Program-made: the position numbers and the translations under genes
Notes under the pieces: model-generated
What the model saw: only the letters and a program-made list of their open reading frames with translations
What the model was told of the DNA's origin: nothing
Database searches by the model: none
IMG/VR virus record: IMGVR_UViG_3300042923_000569
Coordinates: 124,001-188,000 of that record
Length of the DNA stretch: 64,000 nt
Reading direction: 5' to 3' (one strand)
Part shown: positions 58,246 through 64,000 of the stretch, piece by piece
How positions within the stretch are numbered: position 1 is the stretch's first letter
Layout: each line of letters opens with the position of its first letter

Positions 58246-59361
58246 TTAAAGAATACCTAAGAAAGTATCAATAATACTTAAATGATCTTCAAAGAACTTA
58301 TCACGGTTCTGAACTAATTCACCAAGTGGCATCCAGAATGCTTTTTCAGCATCATCTGCACCTTTAACTTTAGGTAATGTATTATCCTGAAGTTGAATGT
58401 ATGCACATTTAGTAATGATACGCCAGCGTTGGGAACGATTGAAATCACCAAACTCCATACTTTCACGGATTGAACCTTCAAGTACTTTCATTGGAACATC
58501 AATCTTTGTTTCTTCTTTTAATTCACGTAAAGCAGTTTGAATTTGATCTTTATCCTGCCAAGCGTCAAAGAACCCACCGGGTAGAGCATATAAACCTTTA
58601 CCTGGGAAAGTGCGGCGTTTAACAAGAAGAATGTGACCTGCACTGATTACCATTGCGTCACCCGTTAAGAACGGAATGTTGTTATATGGTAAACGTTCAT
58701 TCATCTCTGCACGATAACGTTGAACAAAGTTAAACTCGCCAATTAGATTATCAAAAATTACTGGTTTAGTTTGCATGAACTTACCAAGAAATTCTTGTGT
58801 TTCTTCTGGTAATGATTCAGGAATCTGTTTAGTACTGAAAAATTGATTACGAACTTCGGTACTATTAATCGTAATAGGATTTGATTCTGCGTCCTTCTCA
58901 CGATATTGCTGAGGAATACCAGCTTGCGATTTCTTAACTTCACCAATGAAATCCTGTTGCCATTGTGGGAAGAAGTTAAGATAAAAAGTACTTTCATCTG
59001 CTTCTTTCTGACAACCAGTAATTACAATGTTATCGCTTGAAGTAACGGACTTAACTTGTTCGTGTACTTCCATCAACCATTTGCTGTTGTTATATACATA
59101 ATCGTGGATTGGTAAGATATTAATCTTAACCGAACGCCCTTTAGCCCACTCTTCTTGAACTAAACGATTAGACATAGCATCCAGTACCTGACGGCGTTCT
59201 TCAAACGAAAACGGATTTTTTGAATCACGTGCAAGCTCCGAACTACCAACAAGAATTACCAAACGGTCTGCATTTTCTAATGCATGTTTAATGGTTGCTT
59301 CATGACCTGTGTGTGCCATTTGGAAACGACCAATATACACATATACTTTTTCTTTACTCAT
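58246..59361 (-). CDS. nadM: bifunctional NMN adenylyltransferase / ADP-ribose pyrophosphatase (NadM-Nudix)
   Basis: YIGRFQMAHTGH (HxGH), KNPFSFEER, NSTEVR; Nudix LPGGF...ALRELKEET; DDAEKAFW. Confidence 0.94.
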   Translation of the reverse strand: MSKEKVYVYIGRFQMAHTGHEATIKHALENADRLVILVGSSELARDSKNPFSFEERRQVLDAMSNRLVQEEWAKGRSVKINILPIHDYVYNNSKWLMEVHEQVKSVTSSDNIVITGCQKEADESTFYLNFFPQWQQDFIGEVKKSQAGIPQQYREKDAESNPITINSTEVRNQFFSTKQIPESLPEETQEFLGKFMQTKPVIFDNLIGEFNFVQRYRAEMNERLPYNNIPFLTGDAMVISAGHILLVKRRTFPGKGLYALPGGFFDAWQDKDQIQTALRELKEETKIDVPMKVLEGSIRESMEFGDFNRSQRWRIITKCAYIQLQDNTLPKVKGADDAEKAFWMPLGELVQNRDKFFEDHLSIIDTFLGIL

Positions 59362-59407
59362 TCTAAGACTCCCTTAGCTATTTGTTATTCAAGGCTACAT
59401 CACCTTG
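59362..59407 (-). promoter_or_regulatory. two-hairpin leader of nadM-Nudix (NAD leader, copy 2)
   Basis: CAAGGU-GAUGUA-GCCUUG, N12, CUAAG-GGAGU-CUUAG, A, AUG. Confidence 0.72.
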
Positions 59408-59414
59408 TATTCAT

Positions 59415-59443
59415 ATTATATCACAAAAAAGTTCAATGTTTCA
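59415..59443 (-). promoter_or_regulatory. early-type promoter TGAAAC-N17-TATAAT
   Basis: aaaaTGAAACattgaacttttttgTGaTATAAT, upstream of nadM-Nudix. Confidence 0.78.
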
Positions 59444-59598
59444 TTTTTTATTTTGTGTATAAACTCGTTAAGTACAGAAATCATAACAGAAATTTTCAAT
59501 TTTGCAAGTACTTTTTGTTAAAAAGTAAATATTAATAGAGGTGCCTAATTTTTAACATCTCAATAAATACATAATATAACTTTCTTAGGAGACTAAAA

Positions 59599-60504
59599 AT
59601 GGGAAAACCAATTGCTGGTCGTAATAAATCCCCATTCGGAGTAGATGGCATTAATGTTGATGCTGCTGTACTTGCCGATGGTACAAAATTAACTAATATT
59701 CGTATTAGTAAACAACGTTCTGCTAACGTATTTGATCTAATGAGTGTTGATGGACTAACTGTATATCCGTTCATCGAAATCACTGGTGTTGATAAAAATG
59801 GTGCAGCGTTAGACGTTTCTGCAACAGCCGCAGATCTTTCTGATAGTATTTCTCCAGGAAGTTTCTGTATTAGTGCTGTAGATTCAAATGGTGATGTTGC
59901 TGGATTCGCAGTGAAACTATTACTTAATAAAGTAATTCTACAAAATGGTAGTGCTTTGTTTATGACTGATTATACTAGTCAAGGTCAGGTAATTGTTGCT
60001 GTAACTTCAGTAGCTGTATCTCCACTTACTGCTGCTATCCGTGTAGGGGCAACTCAACAACTTACTGCTACTATTGCACCTGCTGATGCAACTAATAAGT
60101 CTGTAACTTGGGTTTCAAGTGCACCTGCTATCGCTACTGTAAGTGCTACCGGTTTAGTATCTGGTGTTGCTAACGGTACTGCTAACGTAACTGTTACCTC
60201 TGTTGATGGTTCATTTACTAGTGTTTCTGCTATTACTGTAAGTACTGCCGTAACTGGTGTTACTATGACTCCAGATACCGTAACTTTAAGTCTAGCTGGT
60301 ACAACTACACAACAACTAACAGCTACTGTAGCTCCTGCTTCAGCATCTGTTAAGACTGTTACTTATGTTTCATCAGCACCTGCTGTTGCAACTGTAAGTG
60401 CATCTGGTCTAGTTACTGCTGTTTCTGCCGGAACTGCAACTATTACTGTTACAACTACTGATGGTTCATTCACTGACACTACTTCAGTTACTGTTACTGC
60501 ATAA
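59599..60504 (+). CDS. virion surface protein with two tandem Ig-like (Big_2) domains
   Basis: Only credible plus-strand gene; QQLTATIAPADATNKSVTWVSS and QQLTATVAPASASVKTVTYVSS; AGGAG RBS, TAAATA motif, terminator. Confidence 0.88.
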   Translation: MGKPIAGRNKSPFGVDGINVDAAVLADGTKLTNIRISKQRSANVFDLMSVDGLTVYPFIEITGVDKNGAALDVSATAADLSDSISPGSFCISAVDSNGDVAGFAVKLLLNKVILQNGSALFMTDYTSQGQVIVAVTSVAVSPLTAAIRVGATQQLTATIAPADATNKSVTWVSSAPAIATVSATGLVSGVANGTANVTVTSVDGSFTSVSAITVSTAVTGVTMTPDTVTLSLAGTTTQQLTATVAPASASVKTVTYVSSAPAVATVSASGLVTAVSAGTATITVTTTDGSFTDTTSVTVTA

Positions 60505-60517
60505 TAAAATATATACC

Positions 60518-60549
60518 AAAAAAAAGGGAGCCAATTGGCTCCCTTTTTT
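60518..60549. terminator. bidirectional terminator between convergent genes
   Basis: A8-GGGAGCC-AATT-GGCTCCC-T6. Confidence 0.88.
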
Positions 60550-60811
60550 AATTTAATTTCTGAACAACAAACTCGGCTTTGGGTTTATCAGTATAATAAA
60601 TGCGATTACCCATCCAGTTAGTAACATCTTCATCATGTGTATCTAACTGATTAGCGATGTAGTACTTCTCCTTTGCTGGATCAAATCGCACTACAAAGTT
60701 ACGTACATTCTTTTTAGTTGAGCGTGGATTTCCACCAAAGGCAACCTTAATGAATGTAAACACGATTCCAATCAGAACAACTGCGTAAAAAATTAAAATT
60801 AAAGTTTTCAT
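60548..60811 (-). CDS. membrane-anchored hypothetical protein
   Basis: N-terminal TM helix. Confidence 0.65.
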   Translation of the reverse strand: MKTLILIFYAVVLIGIVFTFIKVAFGGNPRSTKKNVRNFVVRFDPAKEKYYIANQLDTHDEDVTNWMGNRIYYTDKPKAEFVVQKLN

Positions 60812-60813
60812 TA

Positions 60814-61293
60814 TTATTCCTCTAAATCCGATAGTCTTTCTACGATTATACCAGCATTTCTAAGCACGTCAAGGGCTTGAACTGGAGTTCTGTGATATTC
60901 TGTATCAAAAATCACTCTTTTTATTCCCGATCCTGCAATTAAAAGTGAACAAACATAGCAAGGTTGTAGAGTACAATACAAAGTTGCCCCTTCTCGATCT
61001 GCTGGATTTGCAAACAATAATGCGTTGTGTTCTGCATGGAGTTCATGTAGCTGACTCCATTCATGATGATGGTGTCTTGCTTCATCTGAAACCCAATTCT
61101 GGAATTCATTATCATGTACTAAATGTGAATTTGCATCACAACAATTTTCTTGTTTAGCTGGTGAGCCATTATATCCAGTACTGACAATGCGATCATTTTT
61201 AACTATAACCGCACCTACATGCTGAGATATACACTTACTTTCATCAGCTACTATTTTTGCTATCTTCATCCAAGTTGAATGCTTCATAATCAA
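60814..61293 (-). CDS. cd: dCMP deaminase
   Basis: VGAVIVKNDRIVSTGYNG, HAEHNAL, TLQPCYVC. Confidence 0.92.
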   Translation of the reverse strand: MIMKHSTWMKIAKIVADESKCISQHVGAVIVKNDRIVSTGYNGSPAKQENCCDANSHLVHDNEFQNWVSDEARHHHHEWSQLHELHAEHNALLFANPADREGATLYCTLQPCYVCSLLIAGSGIKRVIFDTEYHRTPVQALDVLRNAGIIVERLSDLEE

Positions 61294-61747
61294 TCCCTAA
61301 TCTTTTAGCTATTTGTTGAGATAATAAATGAAACTTGTGCATACTTTGATAAAATATTACATCATTTTCATTAATCTGAAATGGCTTTGAAGCATACTTG
61401 CTCCAACGTTCCTGAGTTCTTAGTAACTTTTCTTCCTTATATTCACACTCTACATAAAGTCGAAGATCATTTTCTGCATATGTTAATTCATCTAAGTGAC
61501 GAAGTTTAAAATATCCACCATATGGATACGGAATACCACTATAAGGAGTTAGCCAATATCCATCAGAATCGTAAAAGAAACGTCGCCATCCAGTAAGATA
61601 ACGTTCCTTGTACTGAGTATCCATCAAAGTTTTACGGTCATTCCAAGTAGAACATAATTTTTCAGCAAGGCCAATAACTTTATTTAAGTTACCAATCCAA
61701 ATATCAGTATCTTCTTGTGTTAATATATCATAGTTCATATGAAACAC
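61244..61747 (-). CDS. hypothetical protein, tandem paralog family D
   Basis: C-terminal YASKPFQINENDV. Confidence 0.7.
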   Translation of the reverse strand: MFHMNYDILTQEDTDIWIGNLNKVIGLAEKLCSTWNDRKTLMDTQYKERYLTGWRRFFYDSDGYWLTPYSGIPYPYGGYFKLRHLDELTYAENDLRLYVECEYKEEKLLRTQERWSKYASKPFQINENDVIFYQSMHKFHLLSQQIAKRLGIDYEAFNLDEDSKNSS

Positions 61748-62258
61748 CCAATAGATTTAATAATTCGATACGCTCAAGGTTTTCTTTTTTAACAACTCGG
61801 TACAAATCAAGTACTTCAGAATCTACTACATAAGGAATAGAACCATATTCTACTAGATTATCATAAAGTTTAGCTACTTTATTAGGTTTATCACCGAAGA
61901 TATATGGAGAATCTAACGCAGCATGAACAACCTGATTTGCAATAGCTTCATCATGTACTTTAAGATACATTAACTTTTTAATACTTAGTCGTGCTTTGTT
62001 ATAAGAATAAACGTACTTGTTACCAGCGACTACGGTATTAGTACTCGCATGAATATTAGTATTTCCTTGTGAAATACGATCAAAGAAACGTTCACGCTTC
62101 ATAGGTTTGAAAAAACCAGTATGGTTTTTACAATAATTTCGATAGTAACGTTCAAGTATATCATAAGCTTCTACGTGAATTAGTCGGATGATTTCACGAT
62201 AAGAGCCAAAGTGTTTTAGAATATCTTGAGATTGTTCTTCTGTTAGTTTGAATTCCAT
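61728..62258 (-). CDS. hypothetical protein, tandem paralog family D
   Basis: C-terminal YGSIPYVVDSEVL. Confidence 0.65.
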   Translation of the reverse strand: MEFKLTEEQSQDILKHFGSYREIIRLIHVEAYDILERYYRNYCKNHTGFFKPMKRERFFDRISQGNTNIHASTNTVVAGNKYVYSYNKARLSIKKLMYLKVHDEAIANQVVHAALDSPYIFGDKPNKVAKLYDNLVEYGSIPYVVDSEVLDLYRVVKKENLERIELLNLLGVSYEL

Positions 62259-62791
62259 TTAATAGCCCTGTTATATAAAAGATCTATTTGTTCTAACCAT
62301 TTAATATCAGATTCATCAAACTCAAATGGCTTTGATGCATAGTTAATCAAAGTACTGTACTTGGTATGAAGTTCATAATTAAAAATGAAATAATCTGTAA
62401 GTATTGCAGCTTCTTCAAGCATATCCAGTTCACTTTCAGTGAATCCGGGAACACCATAACTGGTAAAGATAGTATCAAATATCTTAGAATGAAATGTATG
62501 TCTGAAAACTTTAAATGGTTTATTGAAAAAAGTTTTATCAAATAATGATGGATAGTTATGATTAAAATCTGTAAATCTTACACCCGACCAAGATAAATGT
62601 TTACAGAATTTTTCAAAATCACAGGGTTTCCAAGTAAATAAACTAATTTTAAAATTATCAATATAATCATAGTACTTTGATAAAATTAGAAGATGTACTT
62701 TTTCACTAATAGCGTACTGATAATCTGCAATAAGTGAGAACTTACTTATCAGTTCATTAGTTTCTGCTGGTGTATACGGACGTAGTTTCAT
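62243..62791 (-). CDS. hypothetical protein, tandem paralog family D
   Basis: C-terminal YASKPFEFDESDI. Confidence 0.7.
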   Translation of the reverse strand: MKLRPYTPAETNELISKFSLIADYQYAISEKVHLLILSKYYDYIDNFKISLFTWKPCDFEKFCKHLSWSGVRFTDFNHNYPSLFDKTFFNKPFKVFRHTFHSKIFDTIFTSYGVPGFTESELDMLEEAAILTDYFIFNYELHTKYSTLINYASKPFEFDESDIKWLEQIDLLYNRAIKWNSN

Positions 62792-62833
62792 ATTTTCCTT
62801 AAAAATAAAGCCGCAATTAAGCGGCTTTAATAA

Positions 62834-63280
62834 TTACTTCGCAATGTAGTTGTATTTGCTTAGATCGTTACTGTCAAGGATGCCGCAATCATATCCGTAC
62901 TGTAAAATAATATCAAAACCTTCATCAACTTTACGCACAACATCTGCATAACGTTTGATATCAGAAGAATTGTCTTCTACTGATTTGATTAGCATATTAA
63001 GTACTGGTGCCATATGAGGTGCATGTAACTTCTGAAAGCGAGGTCGGCGTGTCGCTGCAAGAATATCATTCCATGAAGGAACAAAAGTCTCACCGCGAGT
63101 AGGAATATTCGCAAGAGTTATAGGAAAACTGCGATTATTACGCTTCATGAAATCTTCTTGTGCCGTGCGATAACCTCGACGGAACAATGGATGCATCTGC
63201 TTTAGTTGTTCATTTGAAAGTACTTCATTCTTCTTTTCCTGGAAGAATTCATATCCAAGATTATAATGGTTGGTGCTCAT
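62834..63280 (-). CDS. hypothetical protein
   Basis: 148-aa ORF. Confidence 0.6.
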   Translation of the reverse strand: MSTNHYNLGYEFFQEKKNEVLSNEQLKQMHPLFRRGYRTAQEDFMKRNNRSFPITLANIPTRGETFVPSWNDILAATRRPRFQKLHAPHMAPVLNMLIKSVEDNSSDIKRYADVVRKVDEGFDIILQYGYDCGILDSNDLSKYNYIAK

Positions 63281-63285
63281 CTATC

Positions 63286-63573
63286 TCAATCCTTTAGTAC
63301 TGCAACTTTCGTATTGAAAGCTCCTTTAGTATTACGTAATTCTATTGCATGTTCGAAAAGATAATCAGAATCAATATTCTTCGCCACAAGAAACTGACAA
63401 ACTAAATCTAGAATATCAGCCATTGCGTCTAGTACTGGTTCTGCTTCATCTGCATCTTTAATGCTAAGTGCAGTACTGGAAATTTGTTCCAATGCAACAC
63501 TCATAAACTCTGAAGTACTTATTGACTCGGAGTTGTTGGGAACATCATTTCCCCGAACTAAAGTTTTATTCAT
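63286..63573 (-). CDS. degenerate PRA-PH/MazG-like protein
   Basis: KTLVRG...MADILDL...RNTKGAF resembles the KLVRD...LADLLEV...RGGF family. Confidence 0.45.
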   Translation of the reverse strand: MNKTLVRGNDVPNNSESISTSEFMSVALEQISSTALSIKDADEAEPVLDAMADILDLVCQFLVAKNIDSDYLFEHAIELRNTKGAFNTKVAVLKD

Positions 63574-63583
63574 AATTTATATT

Positions 63584-64000
63584 TTAAACCCAATCGAAAG
63601 AACCATCACGGCGTTTAACTTTGTACTGACCTAGTTCATTACGTTCACCCACAAGAATTCCATCAACGAAACCTTTAGTACCGTAGTTTAGAGATTCTTC
63701 TGCGTTCAACCACAAATCACGGTCAACATCTACTAAGAACTGTTTGTATGGTACACCAACAGCTTCAGCGATTTGTGAAGTTAAAAGTTCATTCAAACGG
63801 TCAGAGTGTGCTAGTGCAATTTTCTGATCAGTAATTAGACCTTTAGTACCTGATGATACTTGGTGTGCCATAATGAATGAATCTGCACCCATCAAACGCA
63901 TACCTGGAGTACCCATTACTGATTGAGTATAGCAACCCATACTTGCAGCATAACCCATTACAATAGTTTTAATAGGTGAACGACAGTTTTTAACTACATC
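63584..64000 (-). CDS. clpP: ClpP-like protease (5' end outside the window)
   Basis: ...IKTIVMGYAASMG (Ser), IMAHQ (His), DRDLW (Asp); frame stays open to the window edge. Confidence 0.9.
   Translation of the reverse strand, partial: DVVKNCRSPIKTIVMGYAASMGCYTQSVMGTPGMRLMGADSFIMAHQVSSGTKGLITDQKIALAHSDRLNELLTSQIAEAVGVPYKQFLVDVDRDLWLNAEESLNYGTKGFVDGILVGERNELGQYKVKRRDGSFDWV

Overview
A 64-kb segment of an AT-rich jumbo myophage genome, almost entirely encoded on the minus strand. Gene content resembles T4-related jumbo phages of the RaK2/GAP32/121Q type; that assignment is inferred, not searched. It contains a neck/tail module (gp4-like nuclease, three gp19-like tail-tube paralogs, an 884-aa sheath, a neck protein), nucleotide metabolism genes (dNMP kinase, tk, nrdD/nrdG, glutaredoxin, dCMP deaminase), a LysM-lysozyme and spanins. 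It also has a large tRNA/RNA repair and translation set (CCA enzyme, Thg1, TyrRS, RNA ligase, vWA/Ro-like protein, 2H protein, Pth2-like protein, two pol-beta NTases) and an NAD+/nucleotide-signal counter-defence island (NUDT16-like Nudix fused to a receiver domain, Sir2, Acb1, Nampt, NadM-Nudix). The most notable unexplained signals are: (1) a ~460-500 nt highly structured ORF-free RNA candidate at ~24700-25200, bracketed by a promoter and a terminator; (2) a two-hairpin leader with compensatory base changes shared by both NAD-salvage genes; (3) strong over-representation of the palindrome AGTACT; (4) a phage-encoded acyl-carrier-protein domain; (5) a ~130-nt promoter-to-terminator unit with no ORF. 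I saw no CRISPR array, rRNA, IS element or canonical tRNA by eye. All annotations come from motif recognition; no database was searched.
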